Source of the DNA: Schmidtea polychroa
Taxonomy: Eukaryota
DNA: 64,000 bases
NCBI GenBank assembly: GCA_044892525.1
Contig: CM097885.1
Span: 183,272,001-183,336,000 of the forward strand
Direction: 5' to 3'
In this document: positions 14,113 through 28,139 of the stretch, one piece after another
How positions within the stretch are numbered: the first letter of the stretch is position 1
How the letters are laid out: each line of letters begins with the position of its first letter
The notes under the pieces: model-generated
Database searches by the model: none
Seen by the model: the letters and a program-made list of their open reading frames with translations, nothing else
What the model was told of the DNA's origin: nothing
Position numbers and translations under genes: made by a program

Positions 14113-15369
14113 CATCCTGCGTACGTGCCTGACATCTGCTATAAGTTAATATTATACAAATATAAGAAAAAAGAACTGTTAGAATATTAAATTAATATTA
14201 TATAATAAGGAAAAAACACCTGTAATATATATTAAAAATTATATTCCGTGCATATAGGCCGGAAATAAATTATTTATTTATTAAATTTTAAAATGGTATA
14301 GATACCCCAGTAAAAATCAGTCCAATCGCCCAAAAATTTTGCGTTTTACAAATATCGGCGAATAACTTAAAACCAAGAGCAAACAGAAACGCTCTACATC
14401 TTTCAAAGAAATTGCAGTAAATAACACATAGCACGCATAATATAACAATTTAACAAAAAACATATAAATATAGGCATAGAATTATCTAACGAATTGAATT
14501 GGTCAACTAAACAAATACCTGAAGCATCTGTACATTTTTAATTGGTAAATTTTATTATTAAATAAACTTTTATAATTAGACTTATCTTCATTTATTTATA
14601 TAAGAACCAGTAAAGTTGAGCATCTCAAATATTGAGACCCCAACATCCTCATCATCCCGCCCAGTTCTTCATCTAAATGCCTGAATAATTGTGTACTCAC
14701 AATAGGTATATGAGAATGTGTCTACGAAGAGAACGTTTTTTTTAATAATCGAAATTCAATTTGACCGATCATGTATTTTTATTTATTTGGTTTATTTTTT
14801 ATGCTTATGTTAATTCATGTCATGTTAAACGATTATAATTAAATCTTAATTTTAAACCTAGTTTCTTTTCTTCTCAATTATAATAATTCAATGGTATTTC
14901 AAAACTCACAAGTAAACAATCTATTTAATCATTAACAACGTATTGTAATTTGTTTTTGCATGACGATGCCCTCCAGTTTGGGATACGCCTGTGAACTATT
15001 GGCCTGAGAGACTAATAGCCAGAAGACGGTTGACCAGCTCGGAACATCAATTTTTATGAAATTCTAGTATGATAATTTTGATAAAGCATTCATAATACGA
15101 AAAGAAACCTGTTATGACGAAAGCAATGATAATACTACCTGTATATACCAAATCAACCAACCCTGAAAATTTCGGGGATAGGGAAAAACTAAAGTAGGGG
15201 GACTGAAAGGGGTCAACTCATCGTCACTTCCCCGGTCGGGAACAGTATTGCTAATTTTCCGCCCAAAACTCGATGATTGAAAGAGTGTATGGGATTTTGA
15301 TTGATACATTTTTCCTCAGTAAAAGTTGTCATAAGAATATTTATAAATTAACTCATCTCTTTCTAGAAA

Positions 15370-15717
15370 ATGTCTGGACCAAGCATGCCCAAGTCCAATC
15401 TTAAACCGTGCTTCTCTTGCGCGGACAAAAACATCACGATCAAATAGGAATAGGCAGAGATAGGGTCTCTGAAAAAGCGGATAGATTTCTTAGAGGGTAC
15501 TTGGTTTACCCCCGCTCAAATGAAGGATGTCAATAAAAAACTTTTGAGGCTCGAAAACTGTAGGGACAGTATTCTAGAAGAAAATCGAAACCTGCGCATC
15601 ACCATCAAGGCGCAATCTGAGGCACTTCATCACATCTACACGGAGGTTGAACTCAAAAAGCGAATCCCCAAACGCCCAGTAGTCGACAAGGACTGGAGAA
15701 TAATTATCAAGATTTAG
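15370..15717 (+). mobile_element. Unclassified repeat family, copy 2 (CFSC + coiled-coil ORF, two stops)
   Basis: KPCFSCADKN…LEGTWFTPAQMK…LENCRDSILEENR. Confidence 0.75.
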
Positions 15718-17249
15718 AATATTTCAAATGGATAGTGAAATTTACTAAAAACTCGTCAACAAGCCGATCCTACTAGAAATATAGTCATAATAAGTGAGAA
15801 TCTTTATAGGCTAGTAGTTTGGGAGATAGACGATAGGATTATCTTAGACAATTTCAGAAAAATCATTGTTTAGAAATCATTTTAATTATAATTATTGTCT
15901 TTTATCATACATTATATTATTTTTGTTTATATGATATGAACCGGACCAGTTGGTGGAGATGATTTGGTACCGCTAACTTTCGGGTTGATGGCCTTTAGTT
16001 GTCTCTACCAATTGTCACGTTGAGGGTAGAAGAGTACAAATAGTGTATCGGTAGAGCGGAGGAATAGAGAATTTTCTTGAGTGGAAGTGACGGACTGTAG
16101 AATGCCTCAGATCGGTGACGAATCCATTATTTTTTTTGAATGACTTATCCAGTTCATTTTAACATCTGCTCGCTACGTCGTTCTTAAATATGTTGGGCTG
16201 AGTCGAAAGCATAGTTAGGAAATTAGGACAAGCAAGATGTTAAATAAAATAAAAATAAAACAAACAAATCTAAAAATAAACTAGAATCAAAATCCAAAGA
16301 AACAATAAATTAGGATATAAGAATTAAAACAAAAAAATAAAAATAAGAAAATATAATAACAAATAAAATGATGAAAAATTCAATAAATAATGAGGAAATT
16401 AAAGAAACAAATAAAAAATATAATAAAAATAAGGAAAATAAGGAAAAATAACCAAAAAACAGAGAAAGTAAATTAAATTAGAAAAACTAAGCGGTACGCA
16501 ATTCTGATTGGTCCGCACACATGAAAAATTAATATATAAGTAAGCACCAAAATCATTAAAATCACTGTTAACGCAAAAATTTTTATAGGTAAGGAAACTT
16601 CGAAATATCACTCACTGTTAACGCAAAAATTTTTATAGGTAAATCCAGGAACCAGCAGCGACTTACAGACAACCGAAATTAGCCAAAGAACAACTAGTAA
16701 GAGGAATCAACATTCAAGGAACAATCAGTATTTGAAATCAAGCAGACTGTTTGCAAAGACGTAACGATTCATTTCGACTCAGCCCTCATACCGATAAGCA
16801 ATAGTAAGGAGATTTTTTTATTTTTGAAATTAAAAGTAATCATGGATATTTGTTAAATAATTAAAATCTTCGTTTAAGGCGAATTTCTCTTCATTTGATC
16901 CTTTTCTTTTCTTTTAATAATTTTAACGAGGTTAATAATGTAAATGTTTAAATGTGATTGATAACAATAAATGAGTTATTTAGAAATTTTTATGATTTGT
17001 TTCATGATCTAATATTTTATGATTTTACATTTTATGAGGAACGTGGAGTTGAGACGTTTCATGTCATGGTGTGAGGGGCCTTCGGGTGCTCAGCCGGTGG
17101 ACATGAAACCTTTCAATCATGCAGTTGATTCGGGCCGTAATGTGGGGGCTTCCTCACGGGTCCGTCACTGAAGATCACCTAAATTTAGTTAGGGTAGTAG
17201 AACACAAGATGTATAGGAAATTTTAAATCATAAGAAAAGTAATGTTCAC

Positions 17250-18000
17250 GGGTCACAGTGATTGAGGGAGCTATCATCTTTATGCCTACCATGACTCTAC
17301 AAACTATAAGCATTATTCTTCGAAAAGTTCATGCGATCACCATCTGTAAACCTGAATCTCTAAATCTTGCATTAATAGCTCGAGTAACACTCATCTCCAA
17401 CGAAATTCTCCAACATCTTAAAGTTGAGCTCTCATTTTATTTTTCGGAGAATAAGCCTGATTCGAAATTTTCACCCTTACATCTTGACATTCAGACGATA
17501 GAATATAATGATAACATTTACGAAAAGATTAAATAACAAGACTATATGTATAACAATACTTTATTTAAATATATTTATTAACTAATTCTGAACTACCTGC
17601 CTAAACATTATCTATATGACTCATTCCGAATATTTGTCGCTGCAATGAAATTAATAGACATCTTCTAGACGGTTTAGAAAGATCCTTCATAGCTTAATAT
17701 ATCCAACTCTAGAGAAATTGCAAGTTATAACGACAAATTCCAACTTTTCAGATTAGATGCGAATTAACAGAAGGTGATATGACATCTGAAAATTTTTTCC
17801 AACTCAACATGTTATGGCAAGTAGAACTTCATCGAATGGAACACGTGCATGCACAGACTGTAACTGCTAGTGGCGATATCCATATGTGAGTATGCGTGAG
17901 AAATAACATAATTGATGAGCAACAATTAACAGTAGGGAATTTCACCATATGACACACCCGGCAGAATTTTCATCTTTGTGAATAGTAGCGGGTGAGCGTA
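17250..18000 (+). mobile_element. Probable LINE 3' remnant (similar pieces at about 13140-13320 and 40480-40900)
   Basis: Weak resemblance to the LINE RT C-terminal E..Q..FTR…Y..RL pattern; heavily decayed. Confidence 0.3.
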
Positions 18001-18608
18001 TTAGATAACAACTGCCATGAGGCACGTCACCCAAGCCGGTAATTCTCAGATATTTTTTGATAAAAATGTTGTGTCGCTAATCGAGATGATTCGAGTAATC
18101 AATAGACGACTACCGTAGGCGAATTAAAGTCCTTAAAGTCCAAATTTTAGAAATTTTAGATTAAGTATTATAATTAATAATTAAACTTAAATAGACCTAT
18201 CCATATAATTCCTTAGACCCTTAGGTACGAAAATCATCAAGCGGGAAGGGGACAGTTTTGGGGAAATAAACAGCTCTATATATTTTATTTTAATTCTTTT
18301 GATCTAAATTGTGATTTAGCAGTTTTTAGGGAAATTTAGAAGTTAATAAATTCACTCAATTACGGAATTTTATATTTTATTTGCATTCGTCAAGACAATA
18401 GTATAGGTTATTAATTAATATTTTGTTTTGTAAATAATACACAAAGTAGTAACGGTTAGTCGTCTGGGGTGGATTCCTTACCCGCCTAACCTGTTCTTCT
18501 CTTCTTGTCGAATATCCGAGGCAGTGAATGGGTAGTTGCGTCCAATTTATGACATTACAAATACCATATATTCTGGTTATCATAATCTCTTCTTTATAGC
18601 TATCCGAC

Positions 18609-18857
18609 ATGCTACCGAATACCAAACCTATACTACGCCCTTGTTTCTCCTGTTCCGACAAAAATTCCATCATCAAGGATTTGCAGGCCCAGATCGGTCG
18701 ATACAAAAGAAAAATCGACGAACTGGAAGGCACATGGTTCAGCCCAGTGCAAATGAAGGAGGTACAGAAGAAGCTGTACCGCAGTGAACACTGTCGCGAC
18801 GCTCTAATCTCTGAGAGCCGTTCTCAACGGAATCTAATAAAAGAGCAATTGGAATAA
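18609..18857 (+). mobile_element. Unclassified repeat family, copy 3 (open 82-aa ORF)
   Basis: RPCFSCSDKN…LEGTWFSPVQMK…SEHCRD. Confidence 0.75.
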
Positions 18858-19989
18858 CCGGGTTTCAGCTCAACAAGGAATTTCGAACAGGTTTATTTTA
18901 TTTTTAATATAGAGTATTAATTCATTTTTATTATGATGTTGATAATTAATAATAATTTAAATGCTGGTTCTCATTTCTTTTGGTTATAATTGGCGTTTAT
19001 TAAGTAATGATTATTTCGGTTATATTTATTTAAATAATAGTTATGCTTCTAGTTATGTGTATCATTTATTTAAATAATATTTATTCTTTGGTTATATTCA
19101 TTATTCATTCATTTTGTTATATTTATCATTTATTGAAATAATAATTTGCACATAGCGATTTGGTGAGTAGATCTTTCGAGGATGGCAATAGAAGAATGTA
19201 ATGCACAATGGAAGATCCATGCGACTATATGACTAGGATCTGGGTAGGGATAATGAAATTTTGGCAAGGGATCGTTGGATAACCCCCATGAGATTTGATG
19301 TTCAACCAGGTTCGAAATGGAAAGAAAATGATGTGTCCGTTTTGTCGAAGATTTATAAATCGAGAAATTCGAGGAAGCGGGAATAGCCGGAAAGTATCAA
19401 TGACAGGGATGCAGGGATGAGGTGGAAGCTGGGGGTGAGTTATGATCAATGAGAAAGATAGAACGAAGATGATCAATCCGTAGAATAGTTATGTAGTTAG
19501 ACTTATTGAATATGGATATGCAGGACCGGGAGGGGTAGGATGTGAAAAATTGAGCTTTATGGTAGAAATTATGGTTTGGCATTAATAGTTGTGGTAGAAT
19601 CATCCAGATATTGGTCGTGAGGTAGCAATGTCGGCCAAAACAGTGTTCCGCAATATCGCATTATACCAGCAGACGACAATGCAGTGATATCCCACAGTTA
19701 GAAAGAGATACTCAGGCGCTATTGAGAGAGCCGGAAGAATTTTAATCTGGGATCAACCCTTGAAATCGCTAGAAGTGTGTCTTCAAACCAATCTTATTTG
19801 TGTGCATCCACTGAGAAACCATTGGATTGCTATGAGTTTGGCCACCTGTAAATCGCGCGAATGTAGACACTTGAATATTGTCATACCTTGTTTTATGTAA
19901 TAGAATTTCGTGTTTTTGCTTTGTGCTTAATATTGGCATATACTAAAATCGTTAGCTTGTGTTGGTTTAACTTATATGAAGAGATGTGA

Positions 19990-20303
19990 TATGACCTCAC
20001 TTGGACCAGGGATGCATCAGAAAATGAAATGATTCGCATAAAAAGGATGTAAGACCTTCCATCGGCATTCAGGAACCCGAACCGAGAATATCTTGAGCAG
20101 TAGTCTTAAGATAGGGACTCACCTACTCACAAATTCCGACCCGCGTGTGCATTACCAACTAGAACGACTTCATGGATACACGTGAGGGAGATGAACATGC
20201 TAAAATCATCAATAGGGCGTTTAGGAAGGAGTTTCTTGTCGAGCCAATTAATCAGTTGCCCCTAACCACCATTTCTCTCTGACACACCCCTAAGATCCCA
20301 ACA
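19990..20303. mobile_element. Terminal block of the same repeat family, ending CCCAACA
   Basis: GTAAGACCTTCCATCGGCA at 20049; LTR-type end at 20303. Confidence 0.65.
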
Positions 20304-21357
20304 ATTACATTGCTCGGAATATTATTTATTTTTAGTTAAATTCTCCACAATATATGATATTGAAAAATTGTTTTTGTTTCAATAATATATTTTGGAAACG
20401 ACTTATGAATAAAGTAAATCTTCTAATATGGTGACCACGCCGATGCTGCAATTTATTCGACAACCTAGAACATTTGGAGTTGGTGATGAAGTTGGAAAAA
20501 TGTATAGAAAAAACGGACAAGTTTTTTGAACTTACCCAAACATCGGAAGATCTCAGAGGGCTATTTATCAAAGCGTTTTTATCAATGGAAGCAACTCGGA
20601 AATTTGATAAAACAGATGCTGAATCGCACTACAAAATGCGAATTCAAAATGCTTTAAAAAAACATCAAATTTGTCAAGTGATCTCAATGTTGATTTATCC
20701 TATCGAAGAGGAGATTATTTGATTATGGAATTTTTAAAGAAAATCGAAAAGTTAGCAAAAATTTAGTTCGACACAAGCTGACAGAAAATGATCTGAAAGT
20801 ATTTTTAATTCAAAATGTCATTGAAGATAATGAAACAAATAAAGATTTGAAGTTAGGCCTGAAAATCTTCGAAGAAATAAAAGTTCTGACAATCATTTTT
20901 TTTATCTCACGATCTAGACGTAACACATCATATTTCTTCTCTAAGTTAGGGATACCAACATTGGAGAATCAACTAATAAAAGGTAGATTAAAAATACTAC
21001 TGTAACAAAAATAGTAATAAATAAAAGTAGATTAATAATAAATAATTTAAAACAATAATAAATAAAAGTAGATTAAAAACAATAATTAAATTAAATAAAT
21101 GGAATTTGGATTAAAAATAATAATTAAAACAAAAATGGAATTATTAGATTAAAAATCAAAAATAAAACCAGAAAAGATACAGATAGAATACCAGTTAGGA
21201 ATAGGCAGATAAAATAAATTGAGAAAAACATAATTAATAATTAAATTAACAAAATAAAACAAATAAATTAAAAAAGAGAACATTAAAACAACAAATAAAT
21301 TAGAAAATATGCAATTTGCACCACTGCTTAATCCTGAGTGGACGAGACAATAGGAAA

Positions 21358-21359
<2 letters not shown>

Positions 21360-21443
<84 letters not shown>
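21360..21443. repeat. (TA)n microsatellite
   Basis: Direct inspection. Confidence 0.95.
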
Positions 21444-21446
<3 letters not shown>

Positions 21447-22268
21447 CATAACTTAGTTGATTCTTCTAATGTTATTTTTCTAACTTCTATAGGTAAACTG
21501 TGAATCCAGTTCGAGAATTTTTCCGGTTCAAGCATATTCAAATCAAGTCGTAGACAGAAACCAAGTGTCAATTTTATTATTTTATTCTTGAACATTTTCG
21601 TAGTATTATCTATTGGACTATAATAATTAAATTTTAATAGAAACGTTTTTCTTTCTTCTTCACGATATGCTTAAATTAAATTACTTAAAGTAAATCATTA
21701 CAGTAAAATTGAATTTTATGAGTACAATTTTTAATATTTTTTATATTTTACATTTTTTGATGAGATCAGATTGAACAAATGTTCGTGAACTGTTGGAACT
21801 CGTGCTGATGCTACAGCGGATGTTTCGACGTTTGGGCACATGGGGTTTAGGGAATGTCGAATTTGAGGTTATTACGAGATAATGAGATGATTCGGAACAA
21901 CCTTGAGTGTAGTTAGTCGGAGAGTTGAAGATAAAAACTATGATGAATAGTAGGAATGCAGATGTGTTTTGAAAGAATGAAAAATGTAATGCAGTGAGAA
22001 TTAGGCTGAGTATGGAGAGTTTTGTTCATTTAGAGCAGAGCTTTCCAACCGGTGTGTCGGCAGCGCTGCATAGGTGTGTCGGGTGAACATAATGAAAAGC
22101 CACAGAGTCCCTTAATTTTATAAACTTTTTAACGATTGTTAGACTGAAATACAATACACGTATATAGTCCGTCGTGTTTTAGCTGCAAGAACGCTTGTTT
22201 GCCCTATTTATTAGTTAATCGTTGGAATTCGATATTTATATTTAAATATGTTTCATTGTCTCTTGTAT

Positions 22269-22441
22269 TGTTGGGGTTCAGTAGGAACCTGAATCAAAAG
22301 TTTTGGAATTAAATAATAAGTAATTACTAAAATTAGGATTAAAATATAAATAGTATTTAAAAATTACTAAAATTGGAATTAAAATATCAAATTTCTCTTC
22401 ACACACATAAGGCTACTTCAACTTAACAACTGGTGTCAGAA
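22269..22441 (+). mobile_element. Internally deleted LTR of a second LTR element (TGTTGGGG…CTTAACA) plus PBS
   Basis: 22269-22387 is near-identical to 31154-31272; LTR end CTTAACA at 22428 followed by TGGTGTCAGAA (tRNA-Leu-type PBS). Confidence 0.75.
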
Positions 22442-22756
22442 AATTACCAAAGATACATGAAACAGAATAAACTAGAATCCAACGGAATAAACAAATAAAT
22501 TGTGAAGCAGGACTATATCTTATTCACGAAGGAGATTAAGGTTTTTACTTGACTTTTAATAAAAGCGTTATTATTATTCTTCGTTAATTTTATTTATACT
22601 TTTAATCAAATTGTAAATTTTATAATCATATTTTATAATCATATATATACAATATCTGCAAACATAACACGTACCCCGATTGTCCCGCCACATGTTTTAA
22701 CGGTGACTCTTTCGGGCTCTTCAAATTTCTCTTCACACACATAAGGCTACTTCAAC
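22438..22756 (+). repeat. ~320-bp LTR-distal segment, repeated at 27817-28139
   Basis: Near-identical direct repeat ending …AAGGCTACTTCAACTTAACA; a diverged relative lies at about 4400-4550. Confidence 0.9.
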
Positions 22757-22923
22757 NNNNNNNNNNNNNNNNNNNNNNNNNNNNNNNNNNNNNNNNNNNN
22801 NNNNNNNNNNNNNNNNNNNNNNNNNNNNNNNNNNNNNNNNNNNNNNNNNNNNNNNNNNNNNNNNNNNNNNNNNNNNNNNNNNNNNNNNNNNNNNNNNNNN
22901 NNNNNNNNNNNNNNNNNNNNNNN
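22757..22923. other. Assembly gap (N run)
   Basis: Ns. Confidence 1.
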
Positions 22924-23073
22924 GTTTTCTTTCAATCACGAAACCTTTCAGCATAGTTATTATAGAACTAGGCTAGTGACACTGTTGGCCGAACACAGTA
23001 GGCCATATCCTTCAAACAAACCACTATTTTTTTTCGCACAACAAGCAATAAAAAAACAGCAACAAAACAATTA

Positions 23074-24250
23074 ATGGCATCAAATCAAACAAATCCAACA
23101 AATATTCCACAAACACCCAACAACTACGATAACACTCAAACATCAGAAAGCACCAATTACTACTACAACCCAAACACCAACCCAGAAAACACACATACCA
23201 TTAATTCAATAATCAACCCAAAAACAAATATCCCCAACTATTTCACAGATGACAACGGAACACCGCAAAAATGGTTAGAATTCGCGAAACTAACCTTAAC
23301 GCTATCGGGAGTCAAGTCAACCAAATCCTTATGCTCCAACATAATAGCAGCACTACCAAGCAACAAATTAAACGAAATCGCCGACCAAATTGATGAAATA
23401 TCGAAAGACGATGATCCTTTTACAAAACTGTGTAACATATTGACCAACAAAAACAAAGTCAACAGAAGGCAAATGCTAGAGTCATGCCTCAACAATACAC
23501 AGTTAGGGGACAACAAGCCCACAGATTTCCTACGACAATTAAAACAAAAACTGGAGTATCTACAACCAAACATAAGAAACTCCGGATCCAACGAATTGGT
23601 GAAAGAATTCTTCATGCGCGCTATGCCACCGGAAATTAGACGAATCCTAGCCGCTAGCAGTAACGCTGACGTAGAAACACTCGCTGACATAGCGGATAAA
23701 ATAAACGAAGAAATCTACCCCACAATCTGCAGTACCCAAAAACTACAACAGAAATAAAACTAATCACAACACCCAATCAACCAACAAAAACACAGAACCA
23801 AATGAAACAACAAACCGATTAATAAACACTTTGATCAGCAAATTCGACGAAATAATTGTCGAAAACAGACAAATAAAAGCGGAACTAGCCGAAATAAAAG
23901 AGAAATACAACAGGCAAAATTTCAATCCAAACGAAAACAGAGACCTATTCAACAGAAACAATTTTAACACAGACCAACTATCATATAATCAAAACAGACA
24001 AAACTATGACCGACCATCTAACAGAAACAACAGACAGAACTACAGCCACAGACAATCCCCAAACGGCCACTACAGAAACCGGTCAAACTCCCCAAACCGA
24101 TACAACAATTACCGAAACAGCAGCCCAGAAAGGGATTCAAGAAATGATCTCCTAAACAAAAACCTCTGCTACTTTCACAACAAATTTGGCGACAAAGCAT
24201 ACAAATGCGTAAAACCCTGCGACTATCATAAAACAGAGCAGGAAAACTAA
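23074..24250 (+). pseudogene. gag: gag (frameshifted near 23730) with CHCC nucleocapsid motif
   Basis: ORFs 23074-23757 and 23831-24250 join by a frame change; C-X2-H-X9-C-X3-C (CYFHNKFGDKAYKCVKPC); ends GGAAAACTAA. Confidence 0.88.
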
Positions 24251-24261
24251 AAAAGTCACTA

Positions 24262-27200
24262 ATGATAGCACCCACATTAGGTGGCAAAAACAATACATTT
24301 TGGGTGCACACAAATAACACCGATTTTCTAATAGACACCGGTTCGGTGATCTCATTACTGCCACATTACATGTATAAAAATACAAAAACCGAAGATAAAC
24401 CGTTAACAGCAGCCAACGGAACAAGCATCAAAACATTCGGACAACAAACACTAAATCTGAATATAAACAAAAAAAATTACAAGTGGACATTCACAATAGC
24501 TGACGTTCAACAAGCAATAATAGGAGCAGATTTCCTAACAAAGTACAACCTCTTAGTGGATTGCAAAAACAAACAAATATTAGAAAATACCAATACAACA
24601 ACATCACGACACATCATGAGCAACCGAGAGAAACCAAAAATTGACATAGGCGTGGTAACTTTAAACACAAACAACAAAACTAACCTAGAAAAAATTACAC
24701 CAGAAATCAACAAAATCCTAGAACGATACAAAGAATTAATGGAACCAGACCAATTCGATGACAAATCAGAACAAACCACCGAACACGCAATTCTGACAAA
24801 TGGAAATCCAGTACATGCAAAAGTAAGACCACTGGATCCCAAAAAAATAGAAATTACAAGAAACATTTTCAACGAACTATTGGAAAACAACATAGTCAGA
24901 CATTCAAACTCTGAATGGTCATCAGCACTGATGCTAAAACAAAAAGCTAATGGCGATTGGAGAGCTTGCGGTGATTACAGACTTCTGAATAAAATAACAG
25001 AACCAGACAGCTACCCATTACCTATAATAAAAGACATAATAAACCGAATAAACGGCGTCAAATACTTCTCAAAAATAGATTTGCAAAAAGCATACCACCA
25101 GATACCTATTAGAAAAGAAGATGTAAAAAAGACAGCAATAACAACACCGATAGGAATGTTCGAGTACAACAGAATGCCTTTCGGTTTACGGAACGCCGCA
25201 GCAACTTTCCAAAGATTCATGGACCAAACAATGAAAAACAACAAAAACACAATAGCTTACCTGGACGACATTCTAATTACAAGCCCAGATAAAACAACCC
25301 ATTTAAAAGACGTAGAAAAAGTATTTGAAACACTGAACAAAGCAAAATTGAAAATAAATATACAAAAATGTGAATTTATAAAAACAGAAATAAACTTCCT
25401 TGGTCATACACTAAACGACAAAGGAACACAACCAATTGAAAACAAAATAAACAGCATAAAAAATTACAAACTGCCGACAAACACAAGAGAGTTGAGGAGA
25501 TTTCTAGGAATGGTAAACTTTTATCATTCTTATATCCCAAACTGCAGCAAACTACTAGCCCCACTAAATGACATTATCAAAACAAAACGAAATGTCATAA
25601 TAAACTGGACACAACAGACAACCGATATTTTCGAGAAAGCCAAAAAAAGTCTGTCAACGGCAACACTACTCGGTTACCCAGATCCAGAGCTAGACTACCA
25701 ACTAACAACAGACTGTTCAGGTTTTGCCATGGGCGCAACAATTTTTCAAGAAAACAAACACGGCAAACAACCACTAGGATTCTTCTCTAAAAAACTAAAG
25801 TCACACCAAACAAGATACTCAACATTCGACAGAGAACTCCTGGCAATACACGAGGCAATCAAACACTTCCAACATTTGCTTGAAGGACGAAACTTCAAAA
25901 TATTCACAGATCACAAACCGCTAACTAACGCGATCGAAATGAAGAATCCTTCACCAAGACAGATCAGACAAATCAATTTCATTTCACAATTCAACTGCAC
26001 AATAAACTACATAGCGGGAAAATCAAACATAGCAGCGGACGCTCTATCAAGAAACGAAAGTGACATAAACTCCCTGGAATTCGAAGAGATAATCGAATTG
26101 GATCAAATTAAATCCAAACAAAATGAAACAATTAATAAACTCCCCACTAAACACAGTTTGAAACTACAAGAACTCAACGGAGTATGGCACGACATCTCCA
26201 ACGAAAGCAATAAACGAATATTACTCCCGGAGGAATTCCGCCAAAACTGTATCGAAAAGATACACAAGATTAATCACCCGGGAAACAAAGTAACATTCGA
26301 GCTAATACATAACAACTATATATGGCCTAACATGCGGAAAGATATCAAAAACTATGTCAAGAGTTGTCACAGCTGCCAACTAAACAAAACAACAAAAAAA
26401 CTCAAAACACAAAAAGTAAACTTCCCAAGCAGCGAAACATTTGAAACAATACACACAGATGTGGTAGGACCATTACCACCAAACGACAACTACAAATACC
26501 TCCTAACAATTATAGACAGGAAATCCAACTGGTTCGAAGCAATCCCAATAAAAGAAATCAGCGCGAAAAATATCTGTGAAATGATCGAATTAAATTGGAT
26601 AGCTCGTTATGGCCAACCAAAAACAATCATAACTGACCAAGGCAGACAGTTCGAGTCAGAAATGTTCAAAATACTCTGTAACAAATACAACATCAAAAGG
26701 AACCGAACAACAGCTTACAACCCACAATCAAACGGGAAAATTGAACGGTTCCACAGAACATTAAAAGAAAGTATCAGAACAAAAGCCAACGATCAAAACT
26801 AGTTAAATAAACTACCCACTATACTAATCGGACTAAGAAACAGTCCAAACTCATTAGATAATGAAAGTCCAGCATACAAGGTTTTCGGAAAAGCAACAAA
26901 CTTGCCATCACTTAAATCAGATACAAACAAAAACACTGAAAACATCAAACAAACAACAAACAAAAATAGCGAAACCACCGAACAGAAACCAAAAGGAATT
27001 TTAAAGAGGAGACCGGACTCCGAATTGGACGGAAAAACAGTATTAACAACAGATTTCATCCTAATAAAAAAACAATTCACAAAAGGATTCGAATCCAAAT
27101 ACGAAGGTCCATTCAAACTCCTAGAAATCAACAAAAACGTCGCTACAATAATTAAAAATAACAACAAAATGAAAATAAACATAAGACGCATAAAACCCTA

Positions 27201-27378
27201 TCACCAGAACATAAACCCGCAAAACGATATACCAAAAAACAAAACACAAACACAAACGAAAACACAACCAATTCACAAAAACGTCACATTCAACAATAAA
27301 AACTCAATCAAACTATTCGAAAAAGACACAACAATCACTCCCCCACATAAAACATTATACAGCGAACGCCATAAATAA
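24262..27378 (+). pseudogene. pol: pol (protease-RT-RNase H-integrase) with one premature stop at 26800-26802
   Basis: DTG protease, YLDD RT, TDCS…TDHKPL RNase H, HHCC and D,D35E integrase core, GPF motif; TAG where Trp is expected (NDQN*LNKLP), same frame continues to 27378. Confidence 0.95.
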
Positions 27379-28139
27379 AAACCCACACAAGCAGAACACA
27401 AGCACAAACAAAATCAGTTGTACAGTTTTATTCATTTGCTTTTAATTATGTAATCGGTTGTAAATTTTTTGAATTTTTTTCCAGGTTGTAAAAAAAAATA
27501 AACAAAAAACAAACAAAACACATACAAAACACATAAAAAAAACATACAAAACATACAAAAAAAATGAAAAAAGTGTTGCGGAATGTTACCGTTCATGTAA
27601 TTTTTATTTTTTATAGTTCATGTTAACCTCCGGTTTTAAAGGGGGAAGTTATGTAATAGCATTTTATATTTTTTAATTGTCCGAAATAAAAAATATTTAA
27701 AAAAAATAAAAAACTATATAGTAAAAAAAAAATCAAAAAAAGAAATTGAAAATTAAAATTGAAATTAAAAATTGAATGAAAATTGGAAATTATAAAAAGA
27801 ATTCAACTATTATTCAAGAAAATTACCAAAGATACATGAAACAGAAGAAACTAGAATCCAACGGAATAAACAAATAAATTGTGAAGCAGGACTATATCTT
27901 ATTCACGAAGGAGATTAAGGTTTTTACTTGACTTTTAATAAAAGCGTTATTATTGTTCATCGTTAATTTTATTTATACTTTTAATCAAATTGTAAATTTT
28001 ATAATCATATTTTATAATCATATATATACAATATCTGCAAACATAACACGCACCCCGATTGTCCCGCCACATGTTTTAACGGTGACTCTTTCGGGCTCTT
28101 CAAATTTCTCTTCACACATAAGGCTACTTCAACTTAACA

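Larger units (their letters stand above)
22924..27818 (+). mobile_element. Ty3/gypsy LTR retrotransposon, CsRn1-like clade, near intact
   Basis: gag and pol ORFs; PPT AAAGGGGGAAG followed by TGTAATAG LTR start at 27652; 5' LTR falls in or next to the N gap. Confidence 0.92.

Noticed and set aside
16561-16645. Short local tandem duplications (also 4170-4265)
   Set aside because: Ordinary slippage duplications within repeat remnants.
19325-19350. MMCPFCRR, resembling a RING finger C-terminus
   Set aside because: No upstream RING Cys/His residues in frame; the region is decayed, and a possible zinc-knuckle remnant near 19830 is also too weak to call.
21149-21595. ORFs with YIYIYI runs (also 38248-38512 and 59092-59292)
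   Set aside because: Translation of (TA)n microsatellites.
23238-27191. Minus-strand ORFs overlapping gag-pol (and similar ones over the MULE, hATm and sHSP)
   Set aside because: Antisense shadows of biased coding sequence.
27953-28139. 5' part of the 193-aa ORF 27953-28534
   Set aside because: Reads through LTR repeat sequence; only the part after 28139 looks like genuine coding sequence.
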